DNA of 37,418 bases, from NCBI GenBank assembly GCA_002402325.1, contig DHFQ01000142.1:1-37418 (forward strand), given 5' to 3'. How positions within the stretch are numbered: the stretch's first letter is position 1; every line of letters begins with the position of its first letter. Origin of the DNA: Candidatus Aminicenantes bacterium UBA4820. GTDB lineage: Bacteria; Acidobacteriota; UBA4820. Under the pieces are notes generated by a model, which saw only the letters and a program-made list of their open reading frames with translations, had not been told where the DNA came from and searched no databases. A program made the translations under genes and the position numbers. Of this stretch, positions 18,318-29,200 are shown in pieces.

Positions 18318-19037
18318 TTATCCTTTTAAAATTGTAAAAACATCACTGCCTAAAAAGTGGCAAGTATTAAAATATAACATACTTTTTAGCCCTTTTGGAA
18401 ATTCTCTTTTATTTTTATCCTTAAATTCTCCTGGATGGTATTCAAGAATCTCCTTTATCACTTCTATCATTTTATCATCAACATTTATAGCATCTTCGGT
18501 TTTGCACTTTGCACACAAGAATCCCCCTTCGTCAATATCAAAAACGACAATCTTCGATTTTCTTCTACATTTCCCGCATACAAAAGGTGAGGGAAATACT
18601 CCATTTAGCTTCAAAAACCATAAAAGAAAGTAGTTAAATAGCCACTCCCCATCAATCCCATCTTTGTAACTTTCGATGACTGCACCGATGAGTCTGAAAA
18701 GTGCCTCCTCTTTTAAATTCTCTTTTGCACCTTTTGAAAGAATTTCAGAAATTGTAAAAAGATATTTTGCAGTTTGATAGTTAGAGAACAAATCATAAGA
18801 AGATTCAATAAGTTCTGCTCTTCTCAAAACCCCAAGGTCATTTTGCTCCTTTTTTGAAAATTCAATCTCAAGAAGGTTTAATATTTCAAGATTTCCTCTA
18901 AAATTTGATTTGCTTCTTTTTGCTCCTTTAGCAACAAGTTTTAACGCTCCTAATTCTCTTGTAAAAAAATGAACCAGATAGGAAGATTCTGTTAAATCAT
19001 ATTTTTTTAAAATGTACGCTTCACTTTTATCTATCAT
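18318..19037 (-). CDS. recO: DNA repair protein RecO (with C4 zinc finger)
   Basis: AYILKK..LTESS..V.FFTRELG....VAKGAKR OB-fold. CGKC...CAKC zinc ligands. Upstream of glyQS. Confidence 0.92.
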   Translation of the reverse strand: MIDKSEAYILKKYDLTESSYLVHFFTRELGALKLVAKGAKRSKSNFRGNLEILNLLEIEFSKKEQNDLGVLRRAELIESSYDLFSNYQTAKYLFTISEILSKGAKENLKEEALFRLIGAVIESYKDGIDGEWLFNYFLLWFLKLNGVFPSPFVCGKCRRKSKIVVFDIDEGGFLCAKCKTEDAINVDDKMIEVIKEILEYHPGEFKDKNKREFPKGLKSMLYFNTCHFLGSDVFTILKG

Positions 19038-20199
19038 TTCTCTTAATTGCCAGACCCAATCCCATCATAAATGAAAAAAGTGATGTAACCTCAGCGTCGC
19101 CTAAATTGTATTCAAATAAGCCACCAAGCAGGAAAAATATAAACATAAATAAAAAACTCAAGAAATGGTCATCCTTCATTTCTGTTAAAGATTTAAAAAG
19201 AAAGCCAAGAAAAATAAGGTAAGATATCAAGCCTAAAATTCCCGATTCAATCAAAATCATTAGATAAACATTGTGTGTATGGCATAAAGTTCTGAAACCA
19301 GCACCATCGTAATATACAATTTTTTCTTCATAAGGTTTTCTGAAACTTTCAGTATACTTTGTATAAGTATTTTGACCATAACCCAAAATGGGATGCTCTA
19401 AAAACATTTTATACCCGCTTTTTAGAAGGTAGACCCTTTCGCTGAATGAACCATTTTGAAAAGAGAATAAATTTATTGCCCTCTCTTTAATTCTTTGAGG
19501 AAGAAAAACAAAAGATAAAACGAGAACCAAAAGAAAGGCAACTGTTGTTATTGTTACTACCTTCTTTGATCTTTTGTAGAGCACAAACGGCAAAAGAAAA
19601 ATAGCTATCAAAATGTATCCCCTACTTTGAGTTAAAAGCAAGGAGATTACCGAAGAAACCGCTCCAAGATAATGAAACCATTTTCCATTTTCTTTTAAAA
19701 TTATACAAAAGAAATAGAAAAAGAGTAATCCAACAAATCCCGCGAAAGTGAGGTGGTGTGTGAAAAAACCTTTTGCCTGCATAGTTCCGATAGGGGCATT
19801 TAAAAATAGTCTATCCTTTTGAAAGTCCGTTCCAAATAGTGTTTCAACTATTGCCATTAAAGTTGCTATCGTCGTTGAAATTGAAAGGAACATATCAAAT
19901 ACATCAATTCTTTTGATGCACTCTTTTGAGAGGAAATAGGCAGCCACAAATCCGCCAAAAAGAGCCCAGTAGTCTCTTATCCCTTTGAATGATAACTTTG
20001 CATCTTCGCTCAAAATTGCACTTAAAATTTGGAACAAAATAAAAACCAAAAAGGAAAGTAAGACTTTATCAATCTTCACCTTCCCGCTTAAAACTTTGTA
20101 AATTGAAAAAAGAAAAAGAACTGAAATCGAAAGGTTTATAACAAAAATGGATAATGGCGCCCCCGCCCCGAAAAGGTAGAAAAAAAAGGTCTCAACCAT
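19027..20199 (-). CDS. O-antigen ligase family (Wzy_C/WaaL-like) membrane protein
   Basis: Multi-TM protein with LLLTQSRG, ER..L...G.KMFLEHPILGYG and HTHNVYL motifs. Confidence 0.88.
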   Translation of the reverse strand: MVETFFFYLFGAGAPLSIFVINLSISVLFLFSIYKVLSGKVKIDKVLLSFLVFILFQILSAILSEDAKLSFKGIRDYWALFGGFVAAYFLSKECIKRIDVFDMFLSISTTIATLMAIVETLFGTDFQKDRLFLNAPIGTMQAKGFFTHHLTFAGFVGLLFFYFFCIILKENGKWFHYLGAVSSVISLLLTQSRGYILIAIFLLPFVLYKRSKKVVTITTVAFLLVLVLSFVFLPQRIKERAINLFSFQNGSFSERVYLLKSGYKMFLEHPILGYGQNTYTKYTESFRKPYEEKIVYYDGAGFRTLCHTHNVYLMILIESGILGLISYLIFLGFLFKSLTEMKDDHFLSFLFMFIFFLLGGLFEYNLGDAEVTSLFSFMMGLGLAIKRNDR

Positions 20200-21337
20200 T
20201 TTGAACTGCTATCTCCATAACTTTTCTCATCTGATTTTGAGGATGAAAATCACTCAAAACCCTTTTATAACCATTCATCCCAAACTCAACTCTCTTATCT
20301 TTAGATTCTATCAACTCCATTATTTTTTCTCTTATCTCCTCTTCACTTTTATTTACAACAAAGCCTGTTTCTCCATTGATAACGGTTTCCTGCAAAGCAC
20401 CGCTTCTCGTAACAACAACGGGAAGTTTCCTTGCCATTCCTTCAACTGCAACGAGTCCAAAAGGTTCCTCCCACAAAGAGGGCACTACAAGAATATCTAT
20501 TGCATCATAAAACTCCTCCCCATCTATTTGACCGCAGAATCTTATTCTTTCCTTGTATTCACTTTCCTCTACAATTTTTTTTAGTTCAATTTCTTCCTGA
20601 GCATTTTCAAAATCAGAACTCCCGGCAAAGATCATAACTAAATTTTTATTCTCTTTTAAAAGTGGAAAAACTGCATTTAAAAGGAATTTTTGTCCTTTAG
20701 TTTTTGAGATTCGACCTATGCATCCGATTGCTACATTTTCTTTATCAAGTTTAAACTTTTGTCTTAAGGGCTCTCTTCTTGATTCCATCAAAAGAAATTT
20801 CGGGCTCACCCAGTAAGGAACAACCTTCATTTTTTGTGGATACACATTCTTAAAAGGTTCAAAAACCTTTTTAGAACAACAAACCCCGCTCTTTACTGTT
20901 TCGGTTTTTAAAAGAGTTTCAATCAAACACTTTTCTATTCCTCTTTCAAAAAGAAGGTGTAACTGAAGATGAACTTTTAAAGAAAATTTCTTTGCACCAA
21001 TTACTGAGGGGAGATAGATTCTTGGCCCATTTGCAAAAATGAGGTCTATCCTCCATAAATCAATAAACTCATCAATTATTTCTGCACATTTTAAAGAATC
21101 AAGAAGATAATTTGCCTTCTCTAAAAAACTTTTCTTTCCTGCATTCATCTCATTAAGAGGAATAAGTGAGAACTCAACTCCCTCTGATTCTGCAAATTTT
21201 GTGACATATCCCAAAGAGGGAACAATAAGAAAAGGCTTTATCTTTAAATTTGTTTTTGAAAAAGAAATAAGGTCGCATAAAACCCTCTGTCCACCGCCAA
21301 GTGAAGAATTCTGGTCAATGAAAAGGACTCTCAACAT
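20192..21337 (-). CDS. Glycosyltransferase family 4
   Basis: GGGQR, GRISKTKG and PSLWEEPFGLVAVEGMA (EX7E) motifs. Confidence 0.92.
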   Translation of the reverse strand: MLRVLFIDQNSSLGGGQRVLCDLISFSKTNLKIKPFLIVPSLGYVTKFAESEGVEFSLIPLNEMNAGKKSFLEKANYLLDSLKCAEIIDEFIDLWRIDLIFANGPRIYLPSVIGAKKFSLKVHLQLHLLFERGIEKCLIETLLKTETVKSGVCCSKKVFEPFKNVYPQKMKVVPYWVSPKFLLMESRREPLRQKFKLDKENVAIGCIGRISKTKGQKFLLNAVFPLLKENKNLVMIFAGSSDFENAQEEIELKKIVEESEYKERIRFCGQIDGEEFYDAIDILVVPSLWEEPFGLVAVEGMARKLPVVVTRSGALQETVINGETGFVVNKSEEEIREKIMELIESKDKRVEFGMNGYKRVLSDFHPQNQMRKVMEIAVQNG

Positions 21338-22452
21338 TTGCCCACTTTTTCTTCAACGAATTCTTTTATCTCTTTTTTAAACCTCTCCTTTGAAAATCTT
21401 CTTGCATTGCTTAAAAGGGATTCACTCCTGAATTTATCTCTGTTCTTTAAAAACTTCTCAACGGCGATTTTGATTGATTCTTTATCCTGATTTTCAAAAA
21501 AGATTCCAGTCGCCCTATCGTAGTTTTCACCTTCAGGCTCAATCACAGTTTCAAGAGACCCTCCCCTTTTTAAAGCAATTACAGGGGTAAGTAGTGATTG
21601 CGATTCAACTGGAAGAATTCCAAAGTCTTCAATTGGCGGGAAAATAAGGGCAAGAGAGGATGCAATTTCTCTTCTCAAATCCTCCTTTTTGAGATAACCC
21701 AAAAATTTGATGTTGTCCTTTTTAAATTTTTTTAAATCTTTATACAACGGACCATCACCTATAACTTTTAAAGGAATCTTCAAATCATTGAAAACTTCAA
21801 TTACAATATCTGGTCTTTTGTAGGGAACAAGTCGGGAGGCAAATACAAACTCCTCTGTTTTTTGAGGCATATTTTCAAGTGGCTCAACATCGCAGGGAGG
21901 ATAAATAGTTTTTGACTCTCTTTTATAATATTTTTCTATCCTTTTACCAACAAAATCAGAATTGGAGATGAAGTGGTCAACCCTTTTTGAAGAAGATTCA
22001 TCCCATATTCTTAAGTAGTTAAAGACCATCTTACTTAAAAAGCCTTTTATCCCTTTGTCAAGTTTTGAAAGTTTCAAGTACTCAAAACTCTGATCCCATA
22101 CGTATCTTACAGGTGTATGACAGTAACAAATATTCAACTGCTCGACTTTTGGGATAATTCCTTTTGCAACGCAATGTGATGAAGAGAAAACAAGGTCAAA
22201 ACCTTCAGTATCTAAGTTTTCAATCGCATAAGGGAAAAATGGAAGAAAATTTCTATACCTTTTCTTGAAAAAATTTTTATTTAAAAATGTTGTCTCAATA
22301 GTTTGTTTAAAGATGATTGAATTTTTGAAATTTTCAGGGTCGTAAAAAAGGGTGAATATTCTGGAAGGTTCTAAAACTTCAATCAAAGATTCAAGAACCT
22401 TTTCAGCCCCCCCTGAATCAACAAGCCAATCGTGAACAAGGAGTGTCTTCAA
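21331..22452 (-). CDS. Glycosyltransferase family 4 (mannosyltransferase-like)
   Basis: HDWL...GGAEKVL, SSSHCVAKG, CYCHTPVRY, SRLVPYKR and EDFGILPVE motifs. Confidence 0.92.
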   Translation of the reverse strand: MKTLLVHDWLVDSGGAEKVLESLIEVLEPSRIFTLFYDPENFKNSIIFKQTIETTFLNKNFFKKRYRNFLPFFPYAIENLDTEGFDLVFSSSHCVAKGIIPKVEQLNICYCHTPVRYVWDQSFEYLKLSKLDKGIKGFLSKMVFNYLRIWDESSSKRVDHFISNSDFVGKRIEKYYKRESKTIYPPCDVEPLENMPQKTEEFVFASRLVPYKRPDIVIEVFNDLKIPLKVIGDGPLYKDLKKFKKDNIKFLGYLKKEDLRREIASSLALIFPPIEDFGILPVESQSLLTPVIALKRGGSLETVIEPEGENYDRATGIFFENQDKESIKIAVEKFLKNRDKFRSESLLSNARRFSKERFKKEIKEFVEEKVGKC

Positions 22453-22464
22453 AAGATTACCCCA

Positions 22465-23664
22465 TTACGGCTTGATTACAATTATCTCTTCTTGAAGATG
22501 TGAAAGATACTTTGCACCATCCTTTGTGATTATAACATCCTCTTCAATTCCAACGGCACCAAAATTCTTGACCATTAAAGAGGGTTCAAGAGTAAAAACT
22601 TGATTTTCTTTTAGTTCATAAAATGGCGTGTTTTTGTATCTTGGCCAGGGTGGTCCAAGAAGTGCCCCACCATCATGAACATACCTTCCAATTTGATGTC
22701 CGAGGGCATGGGGAAATTCATCAAAACCCTTTTTTATAACATAATCCCTTGCGATTTTGTCAATCTCTGCACCCTTCTTATCTGGTTTGAGTTCCTTCCC
22801 GCTTTCAATTATTGCCTCTTTGATTGTGTTAAATCCTTTCAAAACCTCATCCGGAACTTCCTTTTCGTTTTTCTTTGCAATATAGAAAGTTCTTTGCAAA
22901 TCTGAGGCGTAGCCTTTGTAGTAGACTCCCATATCAATGTGCAAAAGGTCTCCCTCCATAACCATTTCTTCAGTAACTTTGCCATGCCCGATTGATGAGC
23001 CTCTATCACCTGAAAAGACGAGTGTATCAAAACTTGGGGTAATCTTCTTTTCCTCCATTTTCATCTGAAGAAAGTTGTAAATCTCTTTAACCGTTCTGCC
23101 CGCTTTGATAAAGGGTTTCACTTCATCAAAAATCTCCTCTGCAATTCTTACCGCTTCTTTTATGCAATCAAGTTCCTTCGGGGTTTTTTGAGAAATGATT
23201 GCATCAATTATCTTCTCTGCTGAAACAATCTCGCAATCTTTTAAAGTTTCTTTTATCAAACCCGATAGATATAAAAATTTTCCATAAGTTATCCCATCTG
23301 CCGATGCATCATTTAAAGAGTAGTTGAGGGCAATCTTTTTTGGAAGATATTTCCTCAACACTTCCACAAAGGGTTCTTTAAAATCCTGAACGAACGAATA
23401 GATTTCTGTGTAAAGTTTCGAGTCCTTGAAAGTTGCTTCATCAAATCTGCCAAGTATGACAAGTTTATCTCCGCTTTTTGTAAGGATGATCGCACTTTCC
23501 CATGTTAAATCGGAAACAGAAATGTAATCAAAAACTCTCTCCCTTGTTGCAGAAGTTTCCTGAACAAATGTAATCCACATATCCACATCATTTTTCTTAA
23601 GTAGATCAATTCCCTGTTTTAGTTTTTCAGAGACAATTTCAATCGGCGCCAATTCCTTTGCCAT
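22465..23664 (-). CDS. Xaa-Pro aminopeptidase, M24 family
   Basis: Metal-ligand motifs DMG....GYASD..RT, HALGHQIG..VHD, TLEP and GIEED. Confidence 0.92.
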   Translation of the reverse strand: MAKELAPIEIVSEKLKQGIDLLKKNDVDMWITFVQETSATRERVFDYISVSDLTWESAIILTKSGDKLVILGRFDEATFKDSKLYTEIYSFVQDFKEPFVEVLRKYLPKKIALNYSLNDASADGITYGKFLYLSGLIKETLKDCEIVSAEKIIDAIISQKTPKELDCIKEAVRIAEEIFDEVKPFIKAGRTVKEIYNFLQMKMEEKKITPSFDTLVFSGDRGSSIGHGKVTEEMVMEGDLLHIDMGVYYKGYASDLQRTFYIAKKNEKEVPDEVLKGFNTIKEAIIESGKELKPDKKGAEIDKIARDYVIKKGFDEFPHALGHQIGRYVHDGGALLGPPWPRYKNTPFYELKENQVFTLEPSLMVKNFGAVGIEEDVIITKDGAKYLSHLQEEIIVIKP

Positions 23665-23675
23665 TCTTTCCTCCT

Positions 23676-24776
23676 TTAAAATTCTTTTTTCGTTTTTAAA
23701 GTTCTTTCAAATTCAAATCTTTCAAATCCAAGTTCAATCAACTTTGTAATTAAATTAGTGTATGAAATACCTGACAGTTCCCACAATCTTGGATACATCG
23801 AAATTTTTGTAAAGCCTGGAAGAGTGTTTATCTCGTTTAAGTAGATTTTTCCTTTGTTGCTCAAGAAAAAATCGACCCTCGCCATTCCTTCACATTCAAG
23901 GACTTTAAAAGCCTTTTTTGCTATCTCCCTCATCCTTGCCTCAATTTTTTCGTCAAGGGAAGCGGGTGCAATAAGTTTTGCCCCATCATTATCAATGTAT
24001 TTTGCCTCATAAGAGTAAAATTCATAATTTGGAATAATCTCACCAAAACAGGAGACCTTGACATCTGAATTTCCTAAAACTGAACATTCAAGTTCTCTTC
24101 CAATTATCCCCTCTTCAATTAGTATCTTCCTGTCAAACTGAAATGCCTTTTTTACAGCATCAATGACTTCATCTGAATTTTTTACTTTGCTAATTCCAAG
24201 TGAAGAACCTGTATTAGAGGGCTTTACGAAAACAGGAAAGCCAAGTTCTTTCGCTTTTTCAACAAGTTTCTTTTCATTGTATTCATCGTTTCTGAAAGTG
24301 TAAAATTTGCAAACGGGTATTCCCGCCTCTTTTAAAAGTCTTTTTGTTACATCCTTATCCATCCCTATTGCAGAACCTAAGACTGATGCCCCCGCAAAGG
24401 GTATTTCAAGCCACTTCAAAAATCCCTGAATACAACCGTCTTCTCCAAGGGTTCCGTGTATTATAGGAAAGACAAAATCAACCTGAAATGAAAAAGAACC
24501 ATTATTTTCATTGAAAAATAAAAGACTCCCGTCTTCTCCTTTGATGGGTTCTACAATATCCGATTCCAATGAAATTGCGATTTTCTTTGGGTCATCTTTG
24601 TTCTCAATAAACTCTTCGCCCTTTAGAAACCTGAAATTCCCCTCTTTATCAACTCCAACCAAAAATCCATCAAATTTTTCTTTATCAAGATATCTATAGA
24701 TGTTAAGGGCTGATTGGATTGAAACCTCGTGTTCTCCACTTTTCCCACCAAAAACTATTGCGACATTTTTTTTCAT
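23676..24776 (-). CDS. ddl: D-alanine--D-alanine ligase
   Basis: FGGKSGEHEVS, HGTLGEDG, MDK, VKPSNTGSS, FYSYEAKY, RVDFF and NEINTLPGFT motifs. Confidence 0.97.
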   Translation of the reverse strand: MKKNVAIVFGGKSGEHEVSIQSALNIYRYLDKEKFDGFLVGVDKEGNFRFLKGEEFIENKDDPKKIAISLESDIVEPIKGEDGSLLFFNENNGSFSFQVDFVFPIIHGTLGEDGCIQGFLKWLEIPFAGASVLGSAIGMDKDVTKRLLKEAGIPVCKFYTFRNDEYNEKKLVEKAKELGFPVFVKPSNTGSSLGISKVKNSDEVIDAVKKAFQFDRKILIEEGIIGRELECSVLGNSDVKVSCFGEIIPNYEFYSYEAKYIDNDGAKLIAPASLDEKIEARMREIAKKAFKVLECEGMARVDFFLSNKGKIYLNEINTLPGFTKISMYPRLWELSGISYTNLITKLIELGFERFEFERTLKTKKEF

Positions 24777-26116
24777 TTATTACCCTCGTTTCCAGAAAGA
24801 AGAGTTTTTGCCATTTGAACTATACCCTCCTCAAGTTCCGGCCCTAAAGAATTTTTAACTGCAAATAACTGGAAGTACAATAGTTCATTCAAATCTCTTA
24901 TTAAAATCTCCTGCCTTTTTTCCTTTTCAAAATTTATAAGATTTTGCAAAATCTTGTTTGGATCAACACTACCATCCTCTTCAAGGGATAACCCATAAAG
25001 AATAGAACTTCCCTTTTCAAGCCCCTTAAAAAATGGCGAGAGAATTACTTTTGTCTTTGACCCACTCTCAACTGATAAGGCTTGATAGATATTGCAAAAG
25101 ACAGAATTATACGATGAAATTATCGCGTTGTATTTCTCAATCTCATCCTTTTCAAGCCCTATAACCTTTTTCGCCTCCTCCTTCTCTTTTTGAACTTTTA
25201 TCATTCCAGCAAGTAAAAGAGAGACTACCGCTTTTTTTGCTTCTATTTCTGAAAGCCTTGAATTTTCGATTACTTCTCGTGCAGTCCTCTTTCCATTTAC
25301 AGAGGCAAGGATGGTCTCCTCTTCCAATGAAAGTTTTGCGGATGCAGTAACATCCTCTGAAATCTCAAGAATTGCATCCATCTGAGGAAGTTGCGATTGA
25401 ATCCTCGAGAATTCATCAAGCCTCCTCATAGCCTCCATCACATAGTTAGTTGTGCTTAAAGGAAGAGGTATGGATATTTCTTTATCAAGTGTCCCATTCT
25501 GAAAAGAAAATCTACCCTCTCTTGTTTCAAATAGGTGATAAAGAGAATCTTCAATCGCCAAAATTCTCTCATGGTTAAATTCTTCCTTTGTCAATCCTGA
25601 GATTTCAAAAAGAATATCAATTCCCTTTTTATTTTCATTTTTTCTTAAACCTTCAACAAGGTCTTGCTCTGTAACAAACTGCCTTCTTAAAAGCCTTCCA
25701 GCAAGCGAGAAGCGATAATCTTCTGAAGTAATAAAGACTATGTGTCCATCTTCAAAAAAGATTCCCCACAGACTTTCAACTTCAATCAAAAGCGAGCCCG
25801 TCTTCTTACTTGCAGAAAGGAAAAGCAAAACATCTGAAAGTGATAAAACCGAAAGGTCTCCCTCAAATTGAACGCCCTCCATAGATGTTTTGTGAAAGTG
25901 GTTTTTTAAAATGTTACTAAGTTTCTCATCTTCAAAATATTTTTGAAGAATATTAGGAATTTCCCCCGAGTTTAAGTCAATATAAATTGGAGAAAGGGTT
26001 ATAGCGTGGCTTCTTATATGTATTACAGCCTCTCTGGATTTTCCAAAGACCTCTTCAACAATTTCCTTTGGTATCGTTATTGAACCATCGGGGTTTATTG
26101 AAACGGACTTCCTCAT
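24773..26116 (-). CDS. DUF4388 (PATAN-like) domain protein with N-terminal AbrB/SpoVT-like domain
   Basis: FEGDLSVLSLSDVLLFL..SKKTGSL...IFFEDG.I and LF..REGRFSF..G fit DUF4388. ATG 26116 follows GGAGG. Confidence 0.75.
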   Translation of the reverse strand: MRKSVSINPDGSITIPKEIVEEVFGKSREAVIHIRSHAITLSPIYIDLNSGEIPNILQKYFEDEKLSNILKNHFHKTSMEGVQFEGDLSVLSLSDVLLFLSASKKTGSLLIEVESLWGIFFEDGHIVFITSEDYRFSLAGRLLRRQFVTEQDLVEGLRKNENKKGIDILFEISGLTKEEFNHERILAIEDSLYHLFETREGRFSFQNGTLDKEISIPLPLSTTNYVMEAMRRLDEFSRIQSQLPQMDAILEISEDVTASAKLSLEEETILASVNGKRTAREVIENSRLSEIEAKKAVVSLLLAGMIKVQKEKEEAKKVIGLEKDEIEKYNAIISSYNSVFCNIYQALSVESGSKTKVILSPFFKGLEKGSSILYGLSLEEDGSVDPNKILQNLINFEKEKRQEILIRDLNELLYFQLFAVKNSLGPELEEGIVQMAKTLLSGNEGNK

Positions 26117-26240
26117 AAAAATCCTCCACCTAAAGGATACCACAAAGTGAAAATTTTATCCCCACGAAAAATCTGGTAATTTCTTAATAAAGTTAAGGCT
26201 ATTTCTTAATTAGCCTCGGATAGTTTCCCCTTTCCGCTGA

Positions 26241-29200
26241 TTATTTCGTTGTATTCTCAGCAATGGAGGCAAGTTGTTCGTAAGTTTGCCACGCTCTTTT
26301 GATGTATTCATCGCCAAGTTTCATATATTTCTCAACAAGTTCAGGCTTGGTCTTCTCAAGCATTCTGAATCTCGTCTCCTTCATCGCAAAATCTCTATAT
26401 GAAATTTTAGGTGGTTTGGAATCAAGTTTAAGAGGATTTTTCCCTTCTTTTATCAGGTCAGGATTATATCTGTAAAGAGGCCAGAATCCGCAGTCAACCG
26501 CAAGTTTTTGATGTTCCATTCCCTCCATCATATCAATACCGTGTGCGATGCAATGGCAATAGGAGATGATCATTGAAGGACCATTATAATTTTCAGCCTC
26601 AACAAAAGCCTTAACGGTCTGATTATCATTTGCACCCATAGCAACCTGTGCGACATAAACATTGCTGTAGGCAATTGCCATTAAGCCAAGATCTTTTCTT
26701 GGTGTTGGTTTCCCCGACATTGCAAATCTCGCAACTCCGCCAAGTGGCGTTGCCTTTGAACATTGTCCTCCCGTGTTTGAATAGACTCCTGTATCAAGGA
26801 CAAGAACATTGACATTTCTTTGAGAGGCAAGAACATGGTCCAATCCTCCATAGCCAATATCGTAAGCCCAACCATCTCCACCAACAATCCAGACACTTCT
26901 TTTAATCAGGTTATCGCATATTGATAAAAGGTTCTTAGAATCTTCATTTCCTATTGACTCAAGTTTCTTTTTGAGTTCTTTAACGAGTTCTCTTTGTTTT
27001 GCTATCTCAACATCATTTTTTTGCTCATTTTTAACTATCTCATCAATGAGAGATTCGCCTATTTCAGATGAAAGTTTTTTCATAAGTTCAATTGAAAATT
27101 CCCGGTGTTTGTCAATTGTGAGTCTAAAGCCAAGCCCAAACTCCGCATTGTCCTCAAAAAGTGAATTGCTCCATGAAGGACCTCTTCCCTCTTTATTCTT
27201 TGCCCACGGCGTAGTTGGAAGGTTTCCTCCATAAATTGATGAGCACCCTGTTGCGTTTGCAATTATTGCCCTGTCACCGAAAAGTTGACTCAAAAGTTTA
27301 AGGTAGGGAGTTTCACCACATCCTGCACACGCTCCTGAAAACTCAAAAAGTGGAAGCAAGAATTGAGAACCTTTAACTGTATCAATCTTAACCTTTGAAA
27401 TATCAACTTCGGGTAATTCAAGGAAGAATTCAAAGTTTTCTCTTTCCTTTACCCTCAAGGGAATCTGGTCAGCCATGTTGAGAGATTTTCTTGATGGATT
27501 TGTTTTATCTTTTGAAGGACAGACAAATACACACGCTCCGCAACCGGTGCAATCTTCTGGAGCAACCTGAATCGTATATTTCATCCCTTTGAATTCAACG
27601 CCTTTGTAATCCATTGATTTGAAGGTTTCAGGTGCCTTTTCAAGATATTTTGGGTCATAGGCTTTTATCCTTATTGCAGCGTGCGGACAGGCAAGAGCGC
27701 ATTTCCCGCACTGGATGCAAAGTTCGGGAACCCAGACAGGAATTTCAAGGGCAATGTTTCTCTTCTCCCATTTTGCTGTATCGGTTGGGAAAGTTCCATC
27801 TGGAGCAAAAGCGGATACCGGTAGAGACTCTCCGTCTCCTGCGATGATTTTTGCAAGGGTGTTTTTTACATAATCGGGTGCATTGGGCGAGACAGTAGGT
27901 GGAATTTCAATCGTGCTTGTAACCTTTTTTGGATAATCAACTTTGTGTAAATTCGCAAGCGTCATATCAACAGCTTCAAAATTTTTCTTTACAACATCCT
28001 CTCCCTTTCTCCCATAAGTTTTTTCAATTGACTTTTTTATCGCCTTGATTGCCTCATCTTTTGGAAGGACGCCAGAAATTGCAAAAAAGCAGGTTTGCAT
28101 AATCGTATTAACCCTTCCCCCCATTCCTGCATCCTTCGCAACTTTGTAGCCATCAATAACATAGAACTCTATTTTCTTATCAATGATTTGTTGCTGAACT
28201 TTCCTGGGAAGTTTGTCCCACACTTCATCTTTACCGTAAGGGCTATTTAAAAGGAAAACTGCACCATCTTTTGCAAGTTTAAGCATATCGTATTTTTCAA
28301 GGAAAACAGATTGGTGGCAGGCAACAAAGTTTGCAGAATCAATGAGGTAAATAGATTTGATAGGCCTTGGGCCAAATCTTAAGTGTGAGACGGTAACAGC
28401 ACCAGCCTTTTTTGAATCATAGACAAAATATCCCTGTGCGTAGTTATCAGTTTCCTCGCCTATGATTTTAATTGAATTCTTGTTTGCGCCAACGGTGCCA
28501 TCTGAACCAAGCCCAAAAAAGACGCATCTTACAACATCATCCTTTTCAATGACAAACGAAGGATCATAAGCAAGGCTTGAATTGGAAACATCATCGTTTA
28601 TTCCAACTGTGAAGTGATTTTTGGGTTCACTTTTCTTCAGTTCATCAAAAACAGCCTTCACCATAGAAGGTGTAAATTCTTTTGATGAAAGTCCATATCT
28701 TCCACCAATTACTTTCGGAAAGGCGAAGGGCAATTTTTTGTCCACCATCGCTTCACTCAAAGCGCCAAGAACATCCTTGTACAAAGGTTCACCCGCGGCA
28801 CCGGGCTCTTTTGTTCTGTCAAGAACAGCAATAGATTTTACACTTTTTGGTATGGCATCAATGAACATTTTTGTAGAGAATGGTCTATAGAGCCTGACTT
28901 TCAAAAGTCCAACCTTTTCGCCCTTTTCACTTAAAAAGTCAACCGTTTCAGATGTTGTTTCACAGGCAGAGCCCATTAAAATGATAATTCTTTCAGCATC
29001 AGAAGGACCATAATATTCAAACGGTCTATATTTTCTTCCCACAACCTTTTCAAACTTCTCCATCGCTTCAAGGATGATTTCAGGAAATTTCTCATAGTAT
29101 GGGTTATTCGTCTCTCTTGCTTGAAAGAAAACATCGGGATTTTGAGCAGTGCCCCGAATGAAAGGGCGATCGGGAGAAAGCTTCCGGTTCCGGAAGTCTT

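Noticed and set aside
23676-24776. Vancomycin-resistance D-Ala-D-Lac ligase
   Set aside because: The omega loop FYSYEAKY has the Tyr of D-Ala-D-Ala ligases, and there are no vanH/vanX/vanRS neighbours.
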